From: an uncultured Planctomycetia bacterium
Lineage (GTDB): Bacteria; Omnitrophota; Gorgyraeia; VGKN01
Assembly: GCA_964506845.1 (NCBI GenBank)
Contig: CAZDNS010000006.1
Coordinates: 1 to 59,575 of the forward strand
Direction: 5' to 3'
DNA length: 59,575 nt
Shown piece by piece: positions 11,401 through 17,397 of the stretch (its first letter is position 1; each line of letters opens with the position of its first letter). Made by a program: the position numbers and the translations under genes. The notes beneath the pieces were generated by a model. The model saw only the letters and a list, made by a program, of their open reading frames with translations. It did no database searches and was not told where the DNA came from.

Positions 11401-12322
11401 TAATGAGTGAATCTAATCCCTTTTGACGAATCTCTTCAAATATTGAGGGATGCTTCAGGGCTTCAAGGTCTGTAATATAACCGAGTTGCTCCTCGGTTAA
11501 ACCTAAAAGGGTAAGGAGTTTTTTGGTGGGAAGGTATTCTCTGTTTTGCTTGGTAAAAAATCCTAATTCGACTAAGCCGTTAAACTCTTCTCTTATGATT
11601 TCGGCGCTTAAAGTTTCTGTATTGTCTTTTGCTCTCTTCCATCCACCTAATTGCTCACTGCCTCTTCTAACGGCTATTTTTCCTTCATCATTGACACTAA
11701 GAACAGAATCCTCTGTTACAGTGCTTTTATGATACCAAAAATCCTTAAGGGCTCCTGCTATTGAACCTCGAGCAGCTGTTCTTCTTGTCGGTTTTGGTTT
11801 GGCGGGTTTTACTACTGAACCGGCTGGCGATGAGACTGTGGAGGCTGAACTTGCCGCACCCCTGGTTCTAATTGCTTTCTCAACCTCATCCTTACTTGAT
11901 TTAACTACAGAGGGTTTTTCATCGCTAAGGTCTATCTTAAAAACTGATTCTCTCTTTTCCGTGCCAAATACAATAAAAAATGTTTTATCAGTTTCTATTA
12001 TGTCTAATTCAAAGCTTTTATCTCTGAGATTTGAGGTTGTGCCTTTTATAGCGCCTTCTAATTCAACCTTTGTGACAGCGCTACCTTTTTCTTCCAAAAT
12101 TTTTATAAGCGCTTCATAAACCACGTTGGCGCCAAGAGCCATACCAGCCAAAGTCAAGCGTTCTGACGTTGGAGAATCTGGCTCTTTTTTCTCTAACAGT
12201 AATTGTGGGGCGAGTTTTGATAGGTCTTTTGCAAATAAGTCTTCTGGGCTAAATGGCAAGATACTTGATAGGAAAAAAGTCTCAATTAAGAGTATAGTTA
12301 TTATTTTGTTAAATCTACGCAA
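5495..12322 (-). CDS. Leader-passenger-CTD megaprotein: Leu/Phe/Val-type amino-acid dehydrogenase + proline dehydrogenase + ALDH-like module + P5C dehydrogenase + shared C-terminal domain
   Basis: ORF track gives 5495..12382 (2295 aa). Preferred start is TTG 12322, with GAAGGAGAG 6 nt upstream. It gives MRRFNKIITILLIETFFLSS..., aligned with the neighbouring paralog. The track ATG 12382 lies inside an 18-nt palindrome of the 5' leader. Confidence 0.9.
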   Translation of the reverse strand: MRRFNKIITILLIETFFLSSILPFSPEDLFAKDLSKLAPQLLLEKKEPDSPTSERLTLAGMALGANVVYEALIKILEEKGSAVTKVELEGAIKGTTSNLRDKSFELDIIETDKTFFIVFGTEKRESVFKIDLSDEKPSVVKSSKDEVEKAIRTRGAASSASTVSSPAGSVVKPAKPKPTRRTAARGSIAGALKDFWYHKSTVTEDSVLSVNDEGKIAVRRGSEQLGGWKRAKDNTETLSAEIIREEFNGLVELGFFTKQNREYLPTKKLLTLLGLTEEQLGYITDLEALKHPSIFEEIRQKGLDSLIKRIDNILSAVIVNRWGVHLFTTKDGTGVYRVDAPWQLPKEVHSLWKEHDALYVFSNLKIGLYGFAGAHLFLPLMERGEIEARVCGGTRIKLYPSLEAAVRPGLFLSEDMTSKIAMAGLLWDEEKKQGVGGGKVVIIYDPEASYADKEIAVKAVAGALKELSIIFTGQDENLSKELAAAMADVNPSDMIGVEGKGRGGLPPTPSTGEGVVLGMEVGVEFAFPDAPTLSGKHILLQGLGNVGTEELVHLLNKGARVTAADKDIRKVKKAKDNASFKTFIDSGQLVILGADEADELVARLERAEKDDTEKKAVEQRGFEIADKLYDIRADVFSPCSTEWVLTRQNIERLHKSGVKLIAGSSNDPIKRPEPDKGEPANLVYELAQLMHNYGMLYAPDFVINAGGLIAVLSGIFGYDVSNQLQVIPNNLRKIFTEAKARNISPLIIAEELRRDIIAKAVQGRAQLLNTIPAEKRGYLPPKIFREIYSEEREDKITETGLAIFREASKHRNVWREKVSFKNILMSWAMKDDHTMFQLLSFIDVLPRLSDRGVIQHLAEYFPRNDKRLPRLLRTLVLFGGVAARFPIFGARLIAKIVRFSVTLVAREFFAGETIEDVRKTILKQNEEGFKHSVDVLGEEVLSKEEADRYLNTYLDLFNKLRGVLKNVSIKFTSLYEAFDPIDYEGTKRAVKERLRRLLNAAKEAGVFVHVDMEQFAVRQITLDILKDVLREKEFRNQEGLGFVTQTYLEDNIRESEDDLNALFAFADENEVFLTNRIVKGAYLEYEIAMAIQEGRPIPVRKSKDDTDRNFERIARLSLEYIRIRLDKGEEIRVKPAFATHNIGDIAYVIELAEELGIDKKYFEFQLLKGMGEHIGRALVARGRGYTVRFYTPFGDLVPGMGYLARRIRENTSQSSFLRAAFLEEKDIKKILYDMREDRRRIAQGIPKPDTRVTTPMVDLSDRHPMPTLPVEIGGPLIGFNIPANEKALRDAFKRSMRSEVNADIKTTTAADAVKVAFKGFEKFRYTTPRERARILRQTAERLQGSKQRIDFIAGLLVVRGNVPHQTKPVDEADKEVARIIDILETYARQLEHMTDERWQKVQSLPGEANEYVYVPRGLGAVIIKEDVSLSMLAEMLIAAIAGGNTVVVDAKEQALKEARLLAHLLSDEKLPSSAIQPLIDQTETADSLLGNKDIEWISFAGPQEEEQRLRTRATIRAEKLLSIKRIITEITPDYIFNFVRAKAITENTMRRGITVSSEVRPSIVGLMGFKNEPTADFSDPKNRQAMVDAIRQVENTIRQRGNKPYPLIIDGKGVIPAEDIFGRIQSVNPSNPEQIIGIVSKAAVLHAGDTVAIARQAFETWKEKKAKERAQYLHKAAEIMQKRKFELAAWMVLEEAKTWREALGDVEEAIDYINYYAFEAVRMEKEDAKRKPEGWKREPNGVVAVIAPWNFPLAILTGMTIGAVAAGNSVIMKPSSQSVVVAFKFMEILKEAGLPDGVVNYLPGEGSIVGKELVEHPEVDMITFTGSWGVGSGIYRDAAIASIDRAPKQVLAEMGGKNAIIVSESADIDAAVKGVVASSFGYGGQKCSACSRVIVHEAVYDEFVKRLAGKVRALKVGNPREPGTDMGPLIDEGAQRKTWEYIGEAEKLGGRAHFLVKPEIFQGKGYFVNPVVIENVPPDSIIGQEEIFGPVLAVMKAKSFDEALNIANRSPFALTGGIYSRTPSEIEKAKREFYVGNLYVNRKITGAVVDRQPFGGLGRRSGDSKAGGPDYLRSFTHWAFSDFSLTFDYGPLLEETTAHISKKVIVLQPHMIGEALFFKISLERLIQTTKGKIQIVIDGSKIEDLEGFMQATGLKIKGEGYSIITDAVDVASLKQKALAQIESNDDDDVVVVGTKTYLEGWVSYPYIKKLMVDTKVTQDTANIGILPVAVGVARGWILEDIVTTGEGNIYILSPTKVSAVYSEQLAGYKAQLGAK
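5498..6076 (-). other. Shared C-terminal domain (CTD), copy 1
   Basis: 'LTFDYGPLLEETTAHISKKVIVLQPHMIGEALFF..IQIVIDGS..GYSIITDA..VVVVGTKTYLEGW..ANIGILPVAVGVARG..YSEQLAGYKAQLGAK-stop'. Colinear with the C-termini of ORFs 12642..15377 and 18519..38564. Confidence 0.85.
6089..7615 (-). other. L-glutamate gamma-semialdehyde (P5C) dehydrogenase-type ALDH domain
   Basis: 'VIAPWNFPLAI', 'IMKPSS', 'FTGSWGVG', 'LAEMGGKNAIIV' (catalytic Glu context), 'GYGGQKCSACSR' (catalytic Cys context), 'EEIFGPVLAV' and 'ALTGGIYS'. Confidence 0.85.
7658..8485 (-). other. Degenerate ALDH-superfamily-like module without the catalytic Cys/Glu motifs
   Basis: 'VYVPRGLGAVIIKEDVSLSMLAEMLIAAIAGGNTVVVDAKE' resembles the ALDH NAD-binding half. 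No EMGGKN or GQKCSA equivalents were seen. It sits between the PRODH and P5CDH domains. Confidence 0.5.
8663..9865 (-). other. Proline dehydrogenase (PutA-type PRODH) domain
   Basis: 'HSVDVLGEEV', 'VFVHVDMEQ', 'TNRIVKGAYLEYE', 'PAFATHNIGD', 'FEFQLLKGMGE', 'VRFYTPFGDLVPGMGYLARRIRENTSQSSFL'. Confidence 0.85.
10028..11365 (-). other. Glu/Leu/Phe/Val dehydrogenase family domain, LeuDH-like
   Basis: 'CGGTRIKLY', 'GVGGGKVVIIYDP', 'STGEGVVLGME', 'LLQGLGNVGTEL', 'IAGSSNDP', 'APDFVINAGGLI'. Confidence 0.8.
11378..11800 (-). other. Arg-rich segment + winged-helix-like linker module
   Basis: 'KPAKPKPTRRTAARGS' followed by 'EEFNGLVELGFFTKQNREYLPTKKLLTLLGLTEEQLGYITDLEALKHPSIFEEI'. Colinear with a module in the 6681-aa protein. 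Confidence 0.6.
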
Positions 12323-12494
12323 TGGGATCTCTCCTTCGTTTAGTACTGTGACTTGAAAAAAATACTGGAGCCCCACGTGCATGCACGTGGTCCCCTAAAA
12401 CTTTTACGCCACTCGTGGGGGCGACGTCCCGAACCACCATTCACCCACGGGCGTAGCCCGTGGTCCTCTGGCAACGGGATAAAAATGTCTGAGT
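12323..12494 (-). promoter_or_regulatory. GC-rich structured 5' leader of the 2295-aa gene
   Basis: Lies between a consensus promoter and the TTG start. It is visibly GC-rich against AT-rich flanks. It contains hairpins ccacgggc/gcccgtgg (12445-12463) and the palindrome ccacgtgcatgcacgtgg (12373-12390). Confidence 0.55.
12356..12395 (-). terminator. Terminator/attenuator-like hairpin inside the 5' leader
   Basis: Transcript reads GGGGACCACGUGCAUGCACGUGGGGCUCC. That is a 7-bp GC-rich stem plus 4 outer pairs, followed by AGUAUUUUUUU. It ends ~35 nt upstream of the TTG start. Confidence 0.5.
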
Positions 12495-12523
12495 ATTATA
12501 GTATTATAGCGTAGATGTGTCAA
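12495..12523 (-). promoter_or_regulatory. Consensus sigma70-type promoter
   Basis: Minus strand has TTGACA (12523-12518), a 17-nt spacer, then TATAAT (12500-12495). Confidence 0.7.
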
Positions 12524-12539
12524 AATTTTTCTTTGACAC
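12517..12539. promoter_or_regulatory. Inverted repeat overlapping the -35 box (candidate operator)
   Basis: gtgtcaaa-N7-tttgacac, with perfect 8-bp arms. The left arm contains the -35 hexamer. Confidence 0.45.
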
Positions 12540-12597
12540 TCATTACGATATATCGCATTAACGCTTACCATTTCACCATTAAATCACGAGGAAATAT

Positions 12598-12641
12598 GCC
12601 CCACCTACGAGGTGGGACATATACGCCATTTGCCATTTTCC
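12598..12641 (-). repeat. Conserved 3' block after a CTD stop codon (ATGGCRW heptads + CCCACCT hairpin), copy 1
   Basis: Transcript after TAG reads GGAAAAUGGCAAAUGGCGUAUAU, then hairpin GUCCCACCU-CGU-AGGUGGGGC. It is nearly the same as the sequence after the 6681-aa stop. Confidence 0.65.
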
Positions 12642-15377
12642 CTACTTCGCTCCTAACTGCGCCTTGTAGCCAGCCAACTGCTGGGAATAGGCTGCAGATA
12701 CGGCGGCTGCGGCAAGGACATAGGTGTTGGTACCGGGAAGTTGTTCAACAAGCTGTGATGCCGGAATACCCAGCGCTATACTGACCGCAACAGGTAAGAT
12801 ACCTAGATTCGCATTGCCTGTTTCCGGTTCATTCACCTGAAGTTTACGGATATCACCATATTGCTGCCAGTTAGTCAGATAATCACCTGTCCCTACTATT
12901 ACTATATCATTGTCGCTTTGTGATTCGACTGTAGTAAGGGCAGTGTTTCGTAACGCTTCTATATCTTTTGCATCGGTTACTATCTTGTAGCCTTCGCCTT
13001 CTTTGCTAAGACCGGTTAAACCAAGGAAACCGTCCATATCTTTTATCAAACTACCATCAATAATCACGCTGACTTTGCCGTTTGTACTTGCTATTAGATG
13101 TTCAAGATATGCCCTAAATCCCAGCGCCTCTCCTATCATATGAGGCTGAATGACAATGACTTTCCGTGCGTTATCTTGCGCCCTAGATAAGAGACTTGCA
13201 TTATAGTCATAGACGAGTAAGGAATCGCCTAACCAGGTTGCCAGTTTAGTGTTCATATCTTTTTCTAACTCTCCAAGCTCTAAATTTGTCAGCGAGGGTT
13301 TGTTTAACAGTTCATTATCTGCTAATTCCTTAAACTGTTCATCTGTTAATGCTCCGAGCCTTTCGTCAAACATATAAGTTGCAGCCTTATTACCACGGGC
13401 AGAACTGAACTGCCTGACTAATTTTGATGCTTGCAATACATTAATCTCCGCTCGCGTGGTGGTTTCTTTGGCTTTAGGTATATCTCCCAGCTCTTGTTGG
13501 GTCATTTTGAGTAAATCTTGAACTGTAAATGTAGTCTTATCTGGGAACGTTGCAAAATATTTCTTGATATGCCTAAGCCCTCTTGCCGGGGTACCTGCGC
13601 CACGTGCCAGGCGTGTGGTGGCAGGTTCTGGCAGTGCGGCGGCTACTGCAAAAAGTTGTGCAGTTTCAGGAATTATACCTGTAGGCCTTGTAGCCCTTTC
13701 TTCTTTAGGTTTATTCTTAACCAAGAAAGGCGAGTCCGGAGCCTGAAGGGCTCTAAGCAGTTTTGCCAACGGATAGGCTGCCTCTACTGTTCGCCAGTTA
13801 GTCCCATAAGGTTCAAATTGTCCTCCCAGGCAAGCCTTCTTAAATTCAAAATTAAATTTAAACATCCTCCGCCTGATTGAGCTATAATCTCTACTTCCAA
13901 AAATATCTTTAACGCCAGCTAATGCCTTACCATCATCGGATAGCGTGTATTGTAAGCCTACTAATATGGGATGGCTTTCCTTGTTGGCTACCGCATATTT
14001 AGCTGCCGTGGGAATAGCCGCCAGCCAGTGCGAGCCATTCATATCTCCCTGGATAATAAGGGGATTTATCCTTAAGAATTCATAGATATGGCTCATCAGT
14101 TTCATACTTCCCACCATAACAGGGTCATCCTTGCCGATATATTCTCCTCCTGCTAATATTCCCAATTTTGTAACCGAACTGCCTAACACCGGTTTATCTA
14201 AATAAACTTGCGGGTTCTCAATATCCCATCCTGCATTCTTTTTTCTCCATACCTGTTTGATATTAAAGCGGTCAGAATCAGCAAGATAAAGATAGACTGC
14301 ACTCTTATCTCTCTCGGCGTCAAGGAATATCCTTTTACTTGGAACATAGCCGGATTTCTTTAGCAATCTCGCCAAATTTTGACTATCACCATCTTTGCCG
14401 ACATAATCACCTGCCTTCATCTGTCGTAATGGCTTTAGGTATTCCTTAAGAAAACCATCTGCCCCATAGCAGTTTTTAACAAACTCTTGCTCAGCTGTAT
14501 CTTTTAATTGAGTTATGGCATCTGCTACATCAGCAAACAATTCCGGCAATTCTTCTATAGGAATATTACCATGTTCGTCAAATGCCTTTGCATCCCATAT
14601 CTCAAACACCAGGCCGTTTGCAAACTCACCTTTAGCTAATGCAGCATATACCCCTTCTCTTATCAGCCTGTTTAGGGCTGCGGGTCCCATTTTATCTCCG
14701 GCCAGTATGCCAAAAGTCCTCTCGCCGCCGGCTATATCAACTAAATAGCGGGCTGAGCCAATACCCTGTTGGGAGACATTCCCAGAAAAAGGATCAAGAA
14801 GGGCTGTTTCTTGTTTTGTACTTTGCCAATGCCTCCAGCCTTTTTCCATATTATCAACCATCTGCATATAGTCCTGAGGCATAACTTCTCTTAATATCTC
14901 AAAGAAGCGTCCGCTAAGCTGGGAATAAAAATAAGGATTGGCCATAGCTAGCTTTGCTTCTTTACCTGCAAAATCCTGACCGCGGCCATAAGGTTTCTTG
15001 GGCTTCTTAAATCCCTTTGCAGGGTCAAACTTACCGGTGTTGCCTACCATAGAGGCAAGATATCCTCGCGTAAATGCTAAGAACGATAATTGATGGCCCT
15101 GTGCGCTGTTGCGCGATTTATCTCCTAACATTAAAATATGGCTATCATCTCCGATACTTAAAGTTATTCCTCTTCTTAAGCGCTTTTGATCCTTTGCGCC
15201 AATAATATTACCGTCTGTAAGCATTTCTTTTTCTTTGGCTTCTAGAACCGTTGCCAAATCAATCGCTAACATATATTGCGGCGTAAAGTTATGCCCGAAC
15301 ATTCCTCCCATATCGGCTTTATCATCAGTAACTGACAATAACTCACCTGCGGCTACTCTTGCCTCTACCTCATCCAT
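12642..15377 (-). CDS. FBP aldolase/phosphatase (class V FBPase)-like module + Arg-rich/winged-helix linker + shared C-terminal domain; no leader of its own
   Basis: ORF track (911 aa). It lies in the same frame as the upstream 466-aa ORF, separated only by TAG plus 26 sense codons. No good SD sits at normal spacing before its ATG. Confidence 0.85.
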   Translation of the reverse strand: MDEVEARVAAGELLSVTDDKADMGGMFGHNFTPQYMLAIDLATVLEAKEKEMLTDGNIIGAKDQKRLRRGITLSIGDDSHILMLGDKSRNSAQGHQLSFLAFTRGYLASMVGNTGKFDPAKGFKKPKKPYGRGQDFAGKEAKLAMANPYFYSQLSGRFFEILREVMPQDYMQMVDNMEKGWRHWQSTKQETALLDPFSGNVSQQGIGSARYLVDIAGGERTFGILAGDKMGPAALNRLIREGVYAALAKGEFANGLVFEIWDAKAFDEHGNIPIEELPELFADVADAITQLKDTAEQEFVKNCYGADGFLKEYLKPLRQMKAGDYVGKDGDSQNLARLLKKSGYVPSKRIFLDAERDKSAVYLYLADSDRFNIKQVWRKKNAGWDIENPQVYLDKPVLGSSVTKLGILAGGEYIGKDDPVMVGSMKLMSHIYEFLRINPLIIQGDMNGSHWLAAIPTAAKYAVANKESHPILVGLQYTLSDDGKALAGVKDIFGSRDYSSIRRRMFKFNFEFKKACLGGQFEPYGTNWRTVEAAYPLAKLLRALQAPDSPFLVKNKPKEERATRPTGIIPETAQLFAVAAALPEPATTRLARGAGTPARGLRHIKKYFATFPDKTTFTVQDLLKMTQQELGDIPKAKETTTRAEINVLQASKLVRQFSSARGNKAATYMFDERLGALTDEQFKELADNELLNKPSLTNLELGELEKDMNTKLATWLGDSLLVYDYNASLLSRAQDNARKVIVIQPHMIGEALGFRAYLEHLIASTNGKVSVIIDGSLIKDMDGFLGLTGLSKEGEGYKIVTDAKDIEALRNTALTTVESQSDNDIVIVGTGDYLTNWQQYGDIRKLQVNEPETGNANLGILPVAVSIALGIPASQLVEQLPGTNTYVLAAAAVSAAYSQQLAGYKAQLGAK
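12645..13220 (-). other. Shared C-terminal domain (CTD), copy 2
   Basis: 'LVYDYNASLLSRAQDNARKVIVIQPHMIGEALGF..VSVIIDGS..GYKIVTDA..IVIVGTGDYLTNW..ANLGILPVAVSIALG..YSQQLAGYKAQLGAK-stop'. Confidence 0.85.
13278..13625 (-). other. Arg-rich segment + helical/winged-helix-like linker
   Basis: 'PATTRLARGAGTPARGLRHIKKYF' followed by 'FTVQDLLKMTQQELGDIPKAKETTTRAEINVLQASKLVRQF'. Same position (before the CTD) and same Arg-rich style as the linkers in the other megaproteins, but similarity is weaker. Confidence 0.4.
13743..15350 (-). other. FBP aldolase/phosphatase catalytic module with insertions
   Basis: 'DDKADMGGMFGH', 'SIGDDSHILMLGD', 'LLDPFSGNVSQQGIGS', 'GILAGDKMGPAA', 'LAGGEYIGKDDPVMVG', 'IQGDMNGSHW'. 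These are colinear with the motifs I recall from archaeal bifunctional FBP aldolase/phosphatases (KADIGS..GHH, VGDD, DSFSGNV, ADKTEPGA, GKYVGKDDPVM, GWMRGSH). Confidence 0.75.
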
Positions 15378-15381
15378 AAAC

Positions 15382-15456
15382 GGGTCAACCTGTGCCTCTT
15401 TGGGTGCTTGTCTAAAAAGAGGGCTTTGCGCCTTTCTTAAAGGGTCAACCTGTGCC
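15382..15456 (-). repeat. 15-nt direct repeat flanking the read-through spacer
   Basis: gggtcaacctgtgcc occurs at 15382-15396 and 15442-15456, exactly 60 nt apart. It encodes AQVDP twice in the read-through frame. Confidence 0.8.
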
Positions 15457-15458
15457 TA
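15456..15458 (-). other. Single in-frame TAG separating the 466-aa and 911-aa ORFs
   Basis: 15378-15455 is 78 nt (26 codons) with no further stop. It translates as AQVDPLRKAQSPLFRQAPKEAQVDPF, directly in frame with MDEVEARV... Confidence 0.9.
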
Positions 15459-16856
15459 TGCTGCAAATGGGGCAATATAAGGTTGGTCATGCTGATGAGT
15501 GATCATAACTTTTGCAAGGAAATCTGCCAATTCTCTCTCTGGGCCCAAAGCCGGAGGATTAATAGCTACGTGATCAATTACTTCTTCCTCTTCTCTAGGT
15601 ATGACTCCGCCTAATTCACTCTGCCAGCCATAGACCACAACATGAGCAATCCCTTCTTTAGGGGCTCTCCTTGCCTCTTTCAATGTTACCGGCTTTGTAA
15701 CCACATAACGTTCGCCGTTAGCACCGCCGGGAACAAAATTGACATCGTAAAACATACTGGCAACCCCACCCACAGCATCTGCTCCGCTCTGGCTTCTGCA
15801 TATGAATGTGGGGTTAAGCGTCCGTAAATTTCCTTCCTCTCCGTAGGCTGGTTGATAGACAACGCTCACTATCGGCTCAGTTGAAGTTATGGTACTGCCC
15901 TCTACAGTATAAATACCAGTAATAAGAAAATCATTGGGTTGGCTTGCAAGTGCCAGAAGCTCCAGACTCTCATCCTTAGAGGAATATTTTTTACCATCCG
16001 CGTCTTCAAAGGCTGAGGACACTTCAAATTCCCAGACAGGTCCGTCAAATTTTCCCTTTAAAACATCCTCGGTTTTTCTGACTATGGCTCTAAAACCACG
16101 GACACCCTTCTTGCCCTTAGGGGTAAACCCCAGTTTTTTCAGTGGCGTAGACCCGGGCATAAAAAACTCGTGATAGAGTTTAATATTGGCTGCTCCGATA
16201 CCGGCGCCCACCATTTTTGCCATAACCACAGGCTCAGAACCACGTTCGGTTATGGAATGTGCTTGGTATTTCACTCTAAGCACTTTGGCTAAATCAGTCA
16301 GACTCATAGAGGCTATTTCTATTTCCTCCTTTAGCAAGCCAAGTTCCTGGGCTTTTAAAACTCCCTCTCTCATTGCCTCAAGTATCAGTCTCTGCACCGT
16401 GGCATTTACTTCACCATACCTGTGGGTCACATGAATATCTATATCCGTGGCGCCAAAATCCTTTACTACGGCACCTAATAGCTTTCCATCGGATATATAT
16501 TCGTCTAATTTCTTCGTGATTGCTTTCACCACTGCATCGGGAATCTGCTCAACTGGTTTTGCCAATAACTCAGCTATTCTATATCCGTGAATATCATTGG
16601 TGAAAAATCCCTCTTTCTGTCCTTCCGGCTCTTTTAGTTCCGTTCTTATCCTGCTGTCTAAAACTAATCTTGCCAGTTCTGCTGTTTTTCCATTGGCCTG
16701 TTTTCCTAAAGTGAGTGGCGGTGCCAATTTACTCTTTTCCAAACCGCTGGTAGCGCTTGCATTTGCGGTGTCAAAAAAAGTGGGTGAAACTACTAAATTA
16801 AAAGACACCAAAACCGTAACCAGGATGTGCCAGAATTTTTTATACTCTTTACCCAT
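15456..16856 (-). CDS. Leader + divergent FBP aldolase/phosphatase-like module (Y-x-G-K-DDP motif absent); no CTD
   Basis: ORF track (466 aa), with AGGAGGGG 6 nt upstream of the ATG. Leader is MGKEYKKFWHILVTVLVSFNLVVSPTFFDTANASATSGLEKSKLAPPLTLGKQANG. The body aligns with FBPA/P: 'GATDIDIHVTHRYGEV', 'SEPVVMAKMVGAGIGAANIKLY', 'GFRAIVRK', 'LELLALASQP'. Where 'GKYVGKDDP' is expected it reads 'AYGEEGNLRTLNP'. Confidence 0.8.
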   Translation of the reverse strand: MGKEYKKFWHILVTVLVSFNLVVSPTFFDTANASATSGLEKSKLAPPLTLGKQANGKTAELARLVLDSRIRTELKEPEGQKEGFFTNDIHGYRIAELLAKPVEQIPDAVVKAITKKLDEYISDGKLLGAVVKDFGATDIDIHVTHRYGEVNATVQRLILEAMREGVLKAQELGLLKEEIEIASMSLTDLAKVLRVKYQAHSITERGSEPVVMAKMVGAGIGAANIKLYHEFFMPGSTPLKKLGFTPKGKKGVRGFRAIVRKTEDVLKGKFDGPVWEFEVSSAFEDADGKKYSSKDESLELLALASQPNDFLITGIYTVEGSTITSTEPIVSVVYQPAYGEEGNLRTLNPTFICRSQSGADAVGGVASMFYDVNFVPGGANGERYVVTKPVTLKEARRAPKEGIAHVVVYGWQSELGGVIPREEEEVIDHVAINPPALGPERELADFLAKVMITHQHDQPYIAPFAA

Positions 16857-16898
16857 TTTAAACCCCTCCTGTTTTTAAAAGGTTAAAAGTTAAACAAA

Positions 16899-16929
16899 AA
16901 GTCATAAGTTTTAAGTCACAAGTCATAGG
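16899..16929. repeat. Heptad-type spacer element, also present at 38372-38402
   Basis: aagtcataagttttaagtcacaagtcatagg here, against aagtcataggttttaagtcacaggccataag upstream of the 6681-aa leader. Confidence 0.55.
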
Positions 16930-17322
16930 TTAAAAGCTTTTGTAAAATTTCCAGAGAAGACGCCCTACTTCTTTACGTAAAGCCTGTAATGTTTCATAAT
17001 CCTTTTGTTTTAGATAGCCTAATCTTAAAGAGAAATCCAAAAGATATGTTACCTCTGCTAATGAACCCAAGGCAATAGATGAGAACTGTTTTATCTCACC
17101 CTTACTCTGTCTTCCTGAGCCTTCTACTAAATTTGTAGGAACTGATAATGCCGCTCTTCTCAATTGCGATGTAATGCCGTATAATTCGTCTTTTGGAAAA
17201 TCTTTAGTTGCAACATAAACTTTATAGGCTAAATCATCCGCCTTTTGCCACACGATTAATCTCTTATAGCCTTTTTCACTTGTGACTTTTGACTTAAGAC
17301 TTGCGTATCCTTTTTCTTCCAT
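16930..17322 (-). CDS. Four-helix-bundle protein (23S rRNA intervening-sequence protein family)
   Basis: 'YKRLIVWQKADDLAYKVYVATKDFPKDELYGITSQLRRAALSVPTNLVEGSGRQSKGEIKQFSSIALGSLAEVTYLLDFSLRLGYL' matches the characteristic pattern of this family. Confidence 0.85.
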   Translation of the reverse strand: MEEKGYASLKSKVTSEKGYKRLIVWQKADDLAYKVYVATKDFPKDELYGITSQLRRAALSVPTNLVEGSGRQSKGEIKQFSSIALGSLAEVTYLLDFSLRLGYLKQKDYETLQALRKEVGRLLWKFYKSF

Positions 17323-17397
17323 TTTTACTTGTGTCTTCTGACTTATACCTTATGACTTCTAATTTGTTGCTTGATTGTGACTTACAACAGGGTTAGT
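17323..17397. repeat. 7-nt-periodic degenerate spacer
   Basis: Minus strand reads GTAAGTC ACAATCA AGCAACA AATTAGA AGTCATA AGGTATA AGTCAGA AGACACA AGTAAAA. Confidence 0.5.

Noticed and set aside
12323-12382. ATG 12382 as the start of the 2295-aa gene.
   Set aside because: It sits inside the 18-nt palindrome of a terminator-like hairpin and has no SD. TTG 12322 has GAAGGAGAG at the family-typical 6-nt spacing and aligns the leader with the paralog.
12367-12476. GC-rich hairpin cluster as a tRNA or a known riboswitch class.
   Set aside because: I could not draw a cloverleaf (no acceptor or T-arm pairing around the GGTTCGGGAC segment). I saw no match to signature sequences of riboswitch classes I know. 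It is kept only as an unclassified structured leader.
15456-15458. In-frame TAG explained by an alternative genetic code.
   Set aside because: TAG is used as the terminator of the 911-aa and 6681-aa ORFs in the same locus, and the other ORFs close normally, so a genome-wide reassignment is unlikely.
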